In this document: in pieces, positions 49,258-61,899 of the stretch
Layout of the letters: every line of letters starts with the position of its first letter
How positions within the stretch are numbered: position 1 is the stretch's first letter
DNA from: Marsupella aquatica
Lineage: Eukaryota > Plantae > Marchantiophyta
NCBI GenBank assembly: GCA_973895155.1
Contig: OZ316899.1
Location: 16,147,974-16,211,973 of the forward strand
Direction: 5' to 3'
DNA: 64,000 bases
Notes under the pieces: model-generated
Database searches by the model: none
Told to the model about the DNA's origin: nothing
What the model saw: the letters and a program-made list of their open reading frames with translations, nothing else
Program-made: the position numbers and the translations under genes

Positions 49258-51100
49258 GTTGACCACTAATTGCAAAATATTGATACTCGGACAATTTTTT
49301 TGAGTCAAAATCTTTGACTGAAAGATTGATAAGACTGTAAACCCCATTAATCATCTTGTAAGCCACCAGATCTGCAGGCAAAGGTTCTTGACGGGCATTT
49401 GAAATCATCAACTAAACAAGATGGTTAACATGGTCCTTGTTCAATAATTGCTCATTCATTTTTGCCGGTAGAGGATAGATATTCATCAAAGGAACAAGCA
49501 AGAATTTGACAGCCCAAAAGAATACCAGCATTGGTTTTGTTGCAAAGTTTTTTCTGCCCTCTCAAGTCATGCTTGATCAACAACTACTTTAGAACTTGAG
49601 TCAACATTCATCTCAGCATTCATGTCAACCATGTCAACCATGTCATCCATGACATCCATCTCAATCATCTCCACTTTCTTACGTTATTTCTTTGGCATTG
49701 GGACATCGGTTTCCTCAGCCTCTTCCTTTCCCTCAGTCCCTATTTTGCGGCTTCTTCCATGATTGGACTTCTCTAATCTTGTAACCCCAATGTCTGTGGA
49801 TATGTCTTGCACTTGAGTTTTCAACTTTTGAGAAGACGAATTGGGTGCAGATTTTGAGGGCACCTTGTGTTTCACGACAGAGGAAGGCTTTGTAGTGGAG
49901 ACCTTCCTAGATAATTTCTTCTTCACGACACCCTTTGATATGGGTTTTGGTATCTCTTCAACAACAACTTGCTTCTTTTGAACCTTCTTCAACAACTGCT
50001 TGCTTCTTTTGAACCTTCTTCTTGACAGCCTTCTTATGTTCTGGCAATTCAAAAGATTTGGCTGTTGAATCTTCTTCTGTATGGATTTAGGGTTTAGGGT
50101 TTAGGCCTAAATCTGTGGCCCTTTCACCTCAGTTGAGCTTTTGCGGATTTTTGCTTGAGGGCTTTCACTTTCTCAACCTTTTTAGAACCCACAATTTCAT
50201 TCAAAGCAATCTTTGAAGACAATCTTCTCTGGTGTGAAGGAGGAGCGTCTTCTTCAATTTGCTTTCTTTTCTTTTCATTGTGCAAATGCACCTCCATCTC
50301 AGCTTTAGAGTCCTTTTCACCTTCAGCCTTTGAACCTCCTACCTCCACAAGTTCTTCATCCACGGGTTGGAGGTCCTCATCTTTAAAGACCTCATATGTT
50401 CCAACCAACTAAGGACTCAAAGAGTCATTGGGAACAATGCTTGGTTCATTCAATGTACCTTGTGAACTCAAAGATCCTCAATCTGAACTGAACGACGATC
50501 CAGGTTCCTGGACAACTTTGCTTGCCTTGCAATTTGGGCCACCTCCATGATGTCCGTGCCTTTCCTCCTTCAAATTTAAGGCTTTCACTACAAGATGGGT
50601 TTCAACCCAACGTTTAATCCTTTTCTCGTCAACTGGTTCTGGGAAAGCAATGTCCAGAATGATCTCGATCTCTTGCTGCAAGTCATCTTCAGGTAAAGAT
50701 AGAGACGTGACATAAACAACATGCCTGGTTGCAGAAAGGTGAGATTGATAATCTTCAAAGAACAAAAACTAACCCTTCCCAGCCCTGAAACAATATCCTT
50801 GATAGTGAGAACATTATCTGGATCCATGAAACAATGAGTGGATGGATCAAAAAATCCTAAGGAGTTATGTTCATTGTCGCATCATTTGGTCCCAGACAAT
50901 GTGTGCAACAATATTGTTCAATAGGAAGAGAGAACTCTCTATATCCACAATCAAGGCGGTCCTCCACCGTCACTGTCAGAAAGACCTTCCCCTTCTGGTG
51001 CTCTGGTGCTTTTGAAATCTTACAATTGACAACCACACCCACGTACTTCCAAAACCTCTTGGGCTTTGCAATAACAATCCCCCGTAAATAACACCTAGAA
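49258..51100 (-). pseudogene. N-terminal part of the second ParB-MTase-like gene
   Basis: Fragmented minus-strand ORFs, K/E-rich linker and ParB-like EYQYFAISGQHS ending at the CACTA junction. Confidence 0.6.
50086..50105 (+). repeat. Short interstitial plant telomere-like tract (TTTAGGG)x~3
   Basis: TTTAGGGTTTAGGGTTTAGG; a similar tract lies at 59794-59815. Confidence 0.8.
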
Positions 51101-53559
51101 TTGTGGCCCTAGAGACGCATTTCAAAAGACCATGAATTGACAATTGGATTTTGGTGGCTAACCATGCTTTGACTTAGCGGCTGTGGTAGCTGCGGGTGGT
51201 ATGAAACAAACATACAGAAATCCTAGGAAAGAACAAAAATGGAAGATTTTAGAATAGAGTCCAAGATGTCAGAAGAAGAAATTCCAAGATTTTATTATTC
51301 ACAAAAATGGACAATCCGTCCAAAAAACAACTCAATCGATCAAAATGGACTTTGCCCGCTTGATAACCGTCTTCTAATTAAAGTTGGGGCACATATTCAT
51401 CTAGGTGCTTCTATCTCCAACTACACAACTTGTCTGGAACTAAGTCTTGAGAGACATGACTTCTAGAAAAACATATTTCTAGACTGCTTTCTTCTTCATC
51501 CTCTTGATAGTCTGGATGTGGCCTTCCTCCTAGGCCTTCATGATAATCAGTTGCCTTGTGAGCCTTTGAATCTGACTCTCACGAATCTCATCAAGCTTTG
51601 CGGCCTCCTTCATCACTAGGTACAACTCCTAACATGTTGCAAGATGGTTCCGCTGAGCTCAAAAATATCTGCCAGCATATTCCTTTTTAATTGTACTAAT
51701 CTCTTCATCTTTCTCCTTCATCGTGTCTTGGAGGGTCTCAAGTTCCTCTAGGACATCCTCAGTCATTTCGGACTCCTTCTCATGTTTTTCTTTCATTGAT
51801 TTCAAATGTTTCAAGGCATTGTCACATTGGCCTTCAAGGTAACAAATTAGCATGAGGTGAGTAACATGCTCTACACGAGAGTCGCGTGAAAGCAAATGAA
51901 AACAATATTCTCTCCAATGCATTCTAATACGGAAGTTCTATTGGGATGAGGAACGTGTGGGATCTACACAAGAGTCGCGTAGAGGTAGAGATACAAAATG
52001 TCCAATAATGATTTGGAGAACCAAAAAATTCAAGACAAAGACTGAGAGTTACCTTTGAGTATGATTTGAGCATTCACGGCATAGTACTGGAGCTCGATCA
52101 TCTACACGAGTCTCGTGTAGAACACTTAGTACTCGGTCTCGCATATCAACAAAAACTAACTACTAGAATAAATCTACACAAGACTCGTGTGGAAGCAAAC
52201 GCAAAAATTAAACCAAAATCAAACAAATAAAAGGAAAACTCAAGATCTACATGACTGTCGTGTGGAAATACCTTCAACTCTAGTGAATGCTACGACCACC
52301 ATCTCTCAGACCTCCAATTCTGATAGATTTGTCATTAAATTTGTTTGCACGTGTGAGCCAATTTGCAAAATAGAGAAGGAATTGGGCAAAACTCAGTGAG
52401 AGAGAAGAATGAGCAAAAATGCAGAGAACGAGCGAGAGGGCAAAGAATGAGGGAATGAATGAATGAGCGAATCTACCTAAAATATATACCTGACATGAGG
52501 AAGGGGCGAGCGTGAAGAATTTGCATGACGAAGGCTGGGGCCGGTCGTGAAAACATCATTAATAGTGCCGCCAGAAATATTGACAAATCATACTAGACAA
52601 CAATCGTGCAAAGCGATCAGCCTGTCACATTCGAGCATAATTTTTTGGATTTTTGGTAGATGTCCTTATTCTCTCGTCATTCTTTGCCAGTCGTGAAACA
52701 TCATTAATAGCGCCGCCAAAAACATCGGAAAATTGTACCACACGACAATCTGGCAGAGTGATCACCCTATCATTTTGGGCAGAATATTCAAAATTTCTAC
52801 CTGGGATTGGTATTTATTGGGTAGTTGTCTTTATTCTCTCATCATTCTCTAGCAAGACGTGGATGGTTTCGAGGACTATTTTTGGCACGGGTTTGGATCC
52901 AAGGTCTGCTTCCGGGCGCCCAATCAACAGTCATGGTAGACCTTTCTGGGATTTCATTTGTGTCCTAATAGTACATAGACGTTTTTTGTTGTTTAAGATT
53001 TGTTAACTCTGTCACTTCACAACACGACGTACTCTCGGAGAATATTTGTTTAGGACAATTATTTGTACCTCATTTCTTTCAAAAGTGCTACTAAATAGGG
53101 GTATTGTAATAGGATATTTGATTTCAAAGAGGAATTAGATCTCATTTCTTTCAAAAGTGCCCCTAATTGTAGACCTATAATGGGATAATTGGACTTCATT
53201 TCTTCTTAATTGAGGACAATTGGGGGTCCTCTCATGGGTTATGTTTTGGTATTGAGGAATTGGACTTCAATTGTAACAAAATTTATCAGCTTGGGGTTCC
53301 CTTGATGTGATATTACATGGATAATGCAAATTGGTGATTTGTACCCTATTGGAAATGAAGAATTGGACTTTGCTTCTCTCTTAGAATGAAGCATTGAACA
53401 ATAGTGGGTCCTCTCCTCATTCTCTCCTTACTTATTGTGGGATTTTTTGTCATAAATGCATATGATTGTGATGATTGTGATAATTCCATGACTTTTGGGA
53501 GATGTTTAGATTTAACCGGATGCTCTACACAAGACTTGCCTAACCATTGAACTACGTTG

Positions 53560-55010
53560 TGTTTCCAGCTGATGAACCGTATTCCTTAATCATTCTACAT
53601 GAGCCTCGTGTTGAGGGATATTGATGCGCATGTTTTATTCTGTTGACCGCAACGGCAAACGAGGTCAAAACCTGTTGTTGTTGCTCTTTTGCTGCCAGTG
53701 AATGAAACCCATCTTGTCTACACACGATAGTTGTGTCAGAGTTACTGTTGACCTTGAATCGGTCCAAAATATGTTTTCCCTTGGGATTGCGTTCATCTCT
53801 TCTTGAACAATGAACCGGTTGCGGGTGGGACAGTTTTCAGCATTACTCCCTTGCACTCTGGCCGGGACTCTGGCACAACATTTTGATTGGGGACCATTGA
53901 ATCAATGTTTCTGTTCAAGATGCATTCTTCTACCTTGCTGAGTTGCCTTATCCAAACGCAGGGGCGGATCTGGTGGGTGAAAGCTTGAATTCAATAATTC
54001 TGTGGGATTGGTCTAGCGTGAGGCTTGCGGAAAGCAAATTTCCAATTTATCCAAATGAAAACCAAGAGGGCCCAGTCTATCCAAATAAAAACCAAGAGGA
54101 TTGTTTGGACGGTCCTTTGGAGCAAGAATCAGGTTTTGGGGGCAAGATGCCACGGGAGACACTATCCATAGTCAGGATGATGTTCTCATTAGCCCTCACC
54201 TGAGCGATCAAAGTAGGTGGTCCAAGAAGTTTGCTTTGCTTTACGGAGACAATGACAAGACACTATTATTTGGCTCAAGGGTGTATCACCAATCCTCACC
54301 CTCGAGCATCAATTAACAATGAGAGAGTTGGAGATGATCATGTGGGGATCAATATTCTCACACTGGCTGCGGACAACAACATCTCAAAGATGAGGTTCGC
54401 ATATTTTGTTGAGGGAACGCCTTGCACAATCAAATGGTCTTTGCGGAGAACTCGGATTGAGTCTGGAATGCAATTGTTGAGCAATCAATGATCAAAATAA
54501 ATTCCTCAATCCCACCGAGCAATTGTATCATACATTAAACCAAAGCAAGGCTATAATAATCAACATTGCAACCCGCACGATCCTGAGGACAAGGAAAGGA
54601 AGAAGATTCATAGAAGGTGCAGAGCCTATGCCACATCTCCATAAAATTGGAGAGTCTAGAAAGTAGGAGGTTGTGTATAGGGTTCCCATAATCTACGAGA
54701 GGAAAGATGTTTATGAAGAGGCTTGCAAGCTTAACAAGAATCTTGGAGCCTCTTCTCCTATCATCGCTACATTCTACAAGATACTGGAGAACAAGTTTCC
54801 CAATTTTCAGTTTTTGGATCAAAGTAATTTTGCAAAATGCAATCTTTATACTACAATCAAAGAGACTCTTCGAGGCGAGAAGCAACAAGATGTTGTTCTA
54901 GAAATTAAGGCCAAAAGAGAATGCCACATGCTGGAACAATAGTCCCGGAGAAGCATGTATTATGCCACCAAATTGGCAGCAGATCAAGAGCCAGAGAAGT
55001 ATTTGTAGTA
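53560..55010 (+). pseudogene. Truncated Sola-like transposase remnant
   Basis: PIIYERKDVY..TFYKILENKFPNF..SNFAKCNLY..HMLEQ*SRRSMYY..EPEKYL parallels LPDNYSKLEVW..QFLKVWVQEFGHV..NRFSACADC..HRDQQSKERE..NSDKYL of 22462-25860. Breaks off before the first catalytic Asp. Confidence 0.65.
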
Positions 55011-57728
55011 TCACACTAGGAACATAAACAAACATTTAAGACCCTAAATACGGTATTTGTTCCCATGGAAGAACATGTAAGGAATGATTTTATATTGTTT
55101 AACACTTATGAATGACTATGGTAACAAAAACACAGGTTGAACCTTTTACTATGGTTGCTCAGCAAGGCATAGTTTTGAATGTTTGCTTAACATTGTAAAT
55201 AAAATAACAAAATGGAAATAATCAACAAAACACAATGAAAATCTTGAGGTATGGTGAGGGAGCTAGGAAACAACCAAGGTGACTCCTCAACATAACTTCA
55301 TTTGATATGATTTAGGTGGTATATCTGTAAGTGTTTAGGGTTTAGGTGTAAGAAACATTTTTGGAAATGATTACTATACTAGGATGATCACTAAAATGCC
55401 GTCAACATGTTTCAACTTTTCCTTCCAAAGAAACTGAGAAGAAACTACTAATCAACCACTTCTGTATCCAATCGGTACTTTGTATCACGAATAAGAGACA
55501 CTATCATCATCAAATTTGAAGTCATAAATAATTGGTAAATAACAATCTTTGCATCTTGTGCACAAGCAATGTCTCGCCAAAAACTATGCATCAAGAACTT
55601 AGAAATATGTGAAACATCACCAACAAGGACTCTATTTTCATATACTCAAAAGATTAACCTTCACAATGATTTTACTTCAAGGGTCCAAACTTCTCATTCA
55701 TTTAGACTTGAAGGGGGAAGAAATTCACTGTATTAAGTACTCATCGAAGTATAGAGTGCTTGCTACAAATGGAGGTAACAAAGTTGCAATCTTGCAACTA
55801 AGCGCTCATGAAATTTCTTCACACCCAAAATGACATGAGAACTACTACTTATATGCTAGCAAGAACCAAAGGGAAATAAGATACTAAAAGGACATGCCTT
55901 TTCATATCTTAAAGGTCATGGGCTAAAGTAAAATAACAAAATGTGCTACATGAGTACTTATGGTTCACTAAATACTTTTGGCATGTAAAATTAACTAAAA
56001 GATATGTCAAGTGTTAACTATTGTAAAAGTGAAATTGTGATAAAACTAATAAATAGGGGTTTTGTTCTAATTTTAGTTTCTGAAATGAAAGTAATAAAAA
56101 GGTGAGACTTTGTTAGAGTGTTCTCTCATGTATATATATTTCATGCTAGGAAAATATGAGACTTTTCTGAGGTATCTAAGTGCCTTAATAAAATAGGTGA
56201 AAGTGTAACTAAATTACAAAAAATGAAAAATTCAGAAAAGTTTCTTAGTGTTGGGCGCATTTGCGCATAAGTACATAGGTGCATAAGGACATTAGCGCAT
56301 TTGCGTCTAAGCAGAAAACAGCAAAACAAAAACATTCTTAACTTTCAAACCACATGTAAGTTTGAGTTGAGACTTTCAGGGTAGGTTCTACTACGTAAGG
56401 GCTGCCTTCTAGAAAAGTGTGAAACTTTTCTATCTAGATGCTGACTACTTAACAAAAATTGTTGAGATTAGCTAATCTTGAGCTGAAGGGTGGAGTAGGT
56501 CAGTCTTCTTGAAGCAATGCTGTCTGGTCTGGTTGCCAAACTTTTGTGACGGTATTTGTCTGCATAGATTCTCAAATTACATCCATATCTTGAGCATGAT
56601 GCCGATAGAAGGGTAAAGATTTCCGTTGTCATTCAAGATCCAAAACAGGAAGTAGTCTCCGGTGTAGCATCGTATTCACCTTGCTAGCTTGCATGTAAAT
56701 ACCGATGAAGTCGTAATTGCAACAAGTAGCATGGTAGTTTTGTGGAAACCTGGCCATGAATGTCTTAGAGTCTATGGCAAGTGGTAGAAGTAGAGTGACT
56801 TTAGGTAAGAGTTCACGCCACTTCAGAGTATACTCAATTAATTGCTGAGAAGTAATGTTATTCCAGATCCTCTGCTTCTCAGTGATTGGAGTAATGAATC
56901 ATTGGAGGACAACAAGTTGTACTGGAGAAGCTTTGTGATTCATCTGGAACCTCCTCTTGGTTTGTCTTAAAAAGACAATAATGAATTCCAGGACATAAGC
57001 AGGTAGATTCCTGAAATAGGCTAAAGCCAGATCTCCATTTTCCAGTACAATGTGCCCAACCAGGATCATGACAACGAGAATGGGATGGAAATATTCAGCT
57101 TATGTCCAAATTTCATCCATCTCTACTATCTCTAAGCGGGTGACTTCTAACAAATGAAGTTTCAAGATGTAGAGGCATTCAACTCTCTTCTTATGATAGT
57201 ACTTCCAAAATTCTAAGATCTGAAACTCTGACAGATTCAGCAAACTGTTTAATACCCTCCTTAGGGGTTTTTGGATCAATATGCAGGGTAGGGATAAAAT
57301 TGACTTGGCATGATTTATCTTGACTGGGTGGAAGAGTGTCAGGGTAATAAATGGCAAGATGTTCACCTACAGGAGTGATCTCAGGTTCTGGAAAACTAGG
57401 AAAAAGTTGGTTCGGTTGATTTGAAGGACTGTAAGGAGAGGTAGGTGAATGGCTAGAAGGAGGGCTAGATGGGAGAACCTGATGCGAGGTATGATAGCAA
57501 ACTGTAGAGTAAACTTGTTTGGTGTTGTAGCCGAACATCTAAGTGAATCTTTGGACAAAATCTTCACAGTATTCTAAATGCTGATTGTGGTTTGCAGTAC
57601 GAGATAATCTATACATGACCTCGTCTAACACTTCAATCAAATGATCAAAGTTGCACTCCAGCATTTTGCATGTCTCACCCACAAGATCAAAATAATACTC
57701 AGCTGAATGTTGGGGTGAAGTGTCCACA

Positions 57729-58077
57729 ATTTGCGCCCCAAGTGTCCGTTGCCCATGGCGTCAACTCCATTGGCCTTGGGCCCAAAAGGAGCTCTCACTC
57801 AAGCCTCAGAACTCAAGGTCCGTCTAGGGGTCCATACGGTTGACCTTGAGCCCGGCCCTTTTCCCCCTTGACCTAACCAACTCTCAACTAGTCTAAGTCC
57901 TTAGTGTGTGTCACCAGCTTGGCGCCTTGCCTTCATCGGTGCCACGTCTCATTGCCCACAAGTCTCCCCATGCTAAGTCCTCCCTGGATGGCCTATCCGG
58001 GCCTGGACCATAAGGGATCTTGGCGTCAAAGTCAGCGATTCCAGAGCTAAGTGTTAAGGTAGTCAAGTTCCGCGACT
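57729..58077 (-). repeat. ~350-bp LTR-like repeat, copy 1 (solo)
   Basis: Direct repeat of 63051-63398, moderately diverged. Confidence 0.75.
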
Positions 58078-58865
58078 CATTCCTTGACAGTGGCGCATCC
58101 AGTCCGAACTTGGATGAGTGGATGCCATTTTTGTGGAACAATTAAGTTTTGAAGCCATTTTGTGGAGTCTTAAGTTTTTGAAGCATTTTGAGGATAACGC
58201 AAGTCTTGCGTAGATATTTGGCGTCAAAAAATTTAGATGGAGTACACTCTCATTATCATCTGCTTTAAGTCAGTGAAGGAGATTTCTTGATCTGAAAGTT
58301 TTTTGAGAACCAGGGCGTTGGTTTGAGGAATGCCTCTTCCAATAGTGTGATCAAAGATCTTTTATTTTACCCAAATCTCTTTCTACACCACTTTTGCGTA
58401 GAGCGTTGAGGTCCTTTCGTTCTTCTACGATTGTTTTAATTCCCAGATCTTTGTGGTTGCTTTTGGTAGTTGTGGTGGAGTCATTTTCCCATATCACTTC
58501 ACTGTCGCAAAGTTTAAATATAGTTTGTATCAGATGTTATGAAATAGATTTCATTCAGTTTTGGCATCGATGACTTTGATTTGAGGGATGCCTTTTCCAA
58601 CATCAACTATTTTTGTGAAGAATGAAAAGTTTTCCTTTGCAAAGTTGTATGCACGTTGTCAATCACTTGCATGGTACCTTCAACTCCCATGTATCTCGTT
58701 CTTTTGTGTCACCGCTTGTCTCGTAGAGGCTGCAATGTCTGGCTCGTCCAACATTGTGCATTCAGTCGGGCCGTGACTTTGTCAGTAAAGTCATTTCTAC
58801 AAATTGTGCAACATTCCTTCATTTCTATAAATTGTGCAATATTCCTCCAAGAGTTCATCGAGCAA

Positions 58866-60027
58866 CACTAGTACATAATTCATCCTTAATCCAATTCTCC
58901 TCAAATCGGACCCCTTCGGCGGATTGTTGCAGTTTTTACTGATGTTCCGATTGAAGTCGCATCGTATCATCCAATCCCCAAACAATCGGGTTAGCGTTAT
59001 CGGACCAAGATTGGACTTGTCCAATTAAACTAGTATTGGAAAGATGCATTCAATTCAAAAGAAATGGCAAACAATTGTCCAATTATGTGAGAATGGCATG
59101 ACCATTTCCAAGTACTTTGCAATCGGAAACTATTGTGCTATTGTACTACAATGGGACAGGGGTCCCAATTAGAATCAAATCAAAAATTGAAGTGCGATTA
59201 CCCCAATCGGCGGCCCTAGCACTGCCCCGGCCTGATCCTACTCCTCCACGGGTTGCATATCACTAGCTAACTGGTGTATTCTTTTGTGTGAGGCTTCAAG
59301 TCTTAGCAAGACTGTGGGCTACTAGAGAAGTTTGTCCACCCATCCCAAACACTATTCCTCTCAATAGGTGCTTAACTTCCTAGTTCTTAGCTCTTGCGTT
59401 GTACATGCAACCTTAGGCACATTTGATGTTTCTTATAGAGTGCCTGGGGTTTTTATACACCTCTGAGTTCATTTAGATCCACAGTTTGGGCCAATTCTTG
59501 ATGAATTCTTGCGTATCATGACATTGGGTTGCGTGGTCAATTATGAAAGCTCTATGTTGACCATATGGGAACCAATTTACCTATCAATGTTAGATCGCCA
59601 AACAAACCAATGTCCTCCTCAAATTGCTACAATTCCTTTTGGGGCGTGGTTAAGTTCATTTAGGGATACAGTATATATAGAATTTTGACCTAGATGACAA
59701 TGAAGACAATTGTTTTTGTTGACCGCAAGAATTTTTTTCATTGAGTCAAAAGGCTTTGACTTACAATTTAACAAAAACTTTTGGTAACCATTATAGGGTT
59801 TAGGGTTTAGGGTTTCTGGCTTGGACAAACAATCCAACTTTTCCTACATCATAGTGACGGCCCGTTTGTGATTGGGTTGGAATGGTGATAGTCCGATTCT
59901 AGTTTAATGGCAAGGTCCGATATGCGTTGGCTTGGATGGTTGGATTGTACATCCAATTAGAATAGAATTGGAAACCTTGGCATCATCGGAAGGTGAGAAT
60001 TGGACTAGGCCCCAAAATGTACTAGTG
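58866..60027. mobile_element. 1162-bp non-autonomous CACTA (TIR family of element 2)
   Basis: CACTAGTACA...TGTACTAGTG, TSD CAA (58863-58865, 60028-60030), ATCGG/CCGAT motifs. Confidence 0.9.
59337..59387 (-). other. 5S rRNA-like internal promoter segment (A box, IE, C box), Cassandra-like
   Basis: Minus strand reads AGAACTAGGAAGTTAAGC..TAGT..GGATGGGTG, versus plant 5S AGAACTCCGCAGTTAAGC..TAGTACTAGGATGGGTG with similar spacing. Confidence 0.6.
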
Positions 60028-61012
60028 CAAGTAGACTTGATTGCAAGTTCCTTGATAGAGCTCAGCTCAACTCAGATACCTTGCATCTGGCGGCTATCCA
60101 ATCCTTGGGCTCTAGAAGGCCCCCTATTTGGGCCAAGCTTCTGACCCAGAGGCCTTCCTCTTGATATTTTTTTAACAGTTTGAATGGTCTATCTGGTGAT
60201 TAGAGAGGTTGGGGCTTGTATCTTATCTTCAATTCTTCACAAAATGGTCTAAGGGGGGGCTCCTTTCCAAGCCCATACCCTGCCCCAACCAGCCCCATTA
60301 AAGTTGTAATGGGACTCCTCATCGTTTGCTATTCAATATTCAAATGGGTGACCTCAATTGCCAAACTGGAATTTCAATTTCAATGGTGCCCTTAGTGTTC
60401 ATTCCAAAACTCTAATCTGAATATTCCAAAACTCTAAACTAAATATTCCAAGACCTCGTTTAAGAAATTTCAAAATCCATTCTCAAAATTTCCAAAAAAC
60501 ACTTTTCAATATTCCATTCTTGGGAGAATTTTCCAGAATTAGTGAAATGTCTGATTGGAGTTAAATGTACATTTCATTTGACCGAGTTGTTGGTAAGTAG
60601 TAATTAGACTCCGAGTTAATGTTAAATGATGATTTGTTAACGTTAATTAGCACCGTGTATAGCTCTTGTTGAGGGATCTTTGGCATCAAGGTGTTAAATA
60701 CTGATATTCCCTGTCAATGTTAGGTACACTATAGAATGGGTTACTTTGGATCCCCCTAAAATCTTGCTTTGGATTCCTAACACATGTGACTTTATATTCC
60801 TTTGCAAATCACCGTACAAATTCCTTGTATTCCCTTCACATGGTTCTCCTCTCCTTATCAATTGATGGCAACTTCTGCATCCCTTGAGTCTATTTTGTCC
60901 ATTGCCTCACAATCAGCTGCCTCTCAACATTGAGAGACCAGGAGTTCTATGAGCCACAAAGCACTTGCTTTGGGGCTGAAAGACTCCAAGGAGGCAAAAG
61001 CTTGTTGATCCA

Positions 61013-61879
61013 ATGGATATTGTGCCGCCTTCGATGGATTTTGCCAAGTCCAAGCCTTTCTCAGTTGTCATTAACCGGCACCTTTACCAGTTTGGGCCGG
61101 ATGAATTTGGGTATCCTCTTGTTCCCCCCCAAATTCCACTATGTCAAATGCGGAACCTGCAACTTGTAAGGTCTCTTCAAACAGATTGCAATGCAATTGA
61201 GATTCTGAAGAATGAGTTCCGAGCTCAAGGGTACATTGAGGGTGCGCCTCATTTTTATGTGCAAATGACAAATGAGAATGGGGATGTGCAATTTTTGAAT
61301 GACACAATCAGACAAAGCTGGGTCCAGTGTGGTTGGCGCAAAATGAAGCTTTTGAGAGGGAGTGTGATTCGCATCCTGATTTTGCTGTGCTCAAGGATAA
61401 AATGTTTTGTGTATTCGATGGCAATCACCGTCTCTATTTGTGGAACCTACTTGCTGTTGAGAATCCTCATGATGTCAAATATCATCCTCAAGTTGTCTCA
61501 AAGATATTCAAAGGAGAGAAGGATACTTTTGTGTAGATTGAATCTACGATGCATGCTCTCAACCGGTGAGAAGATCTTTGACACATTTGATCTGTTTGCT
61601 TCATTTTTGTGCATGATTTGTTCTTGCTGATTGTTGAATTCTATCCTCAATGTCAGGTTGACACAATGCCACGTCAAAAATTCATGGGTGCTAGAAGTTT
61701 GTCGGGTCCAAAAGAATTTGCGCACAAACCTCTCAGTTTACAAAGATTTAATTGATCCAGAGAATTTCAAGTTATTTCAACAAAAGATGCAAAATGTGAA
61801 GAAGCCGTCATGGTATTCAAAGCATATGACCTTAGATGCATGCATTTATATTCTTTCAGCTGCAAACATAGCTTCATAA
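61013..61879 (+). pseudogene. Third ParB/Srx-like gene fragment
   Basis: IPLCQM..VRSL..LKNEFRAQGY, then a frameshift to MFCVFDGNHRLYLW. GTGAG..CAG intron at ~61566-61657; 3' truncated. Confidence 0.6.
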
Positions 61880-61899
61880 ATTGCTGACTTACTCAATAA

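Noticed and set aside
50086-50105. True telomere or chromosome fusion site
   Set aside because: Only about three repeat units, embedded in TE sequence.
55014-55030. CACTAGGAAC as the left end of another CACTA truncating the Sola remnant
   Set aside because: Plausible, but no matching right TIR with a TCA duplication was found in the window.
56400-58860. Minus-strand degenerate coding-like sequence
   Set aside because: Many stops and no recognisable motif; cannot assign a product.
59337-59387. Functional 5S rRNA gene
   Set aside because: Only the internal promoter part resembles 5S; the 5' and 3' stems are absent.
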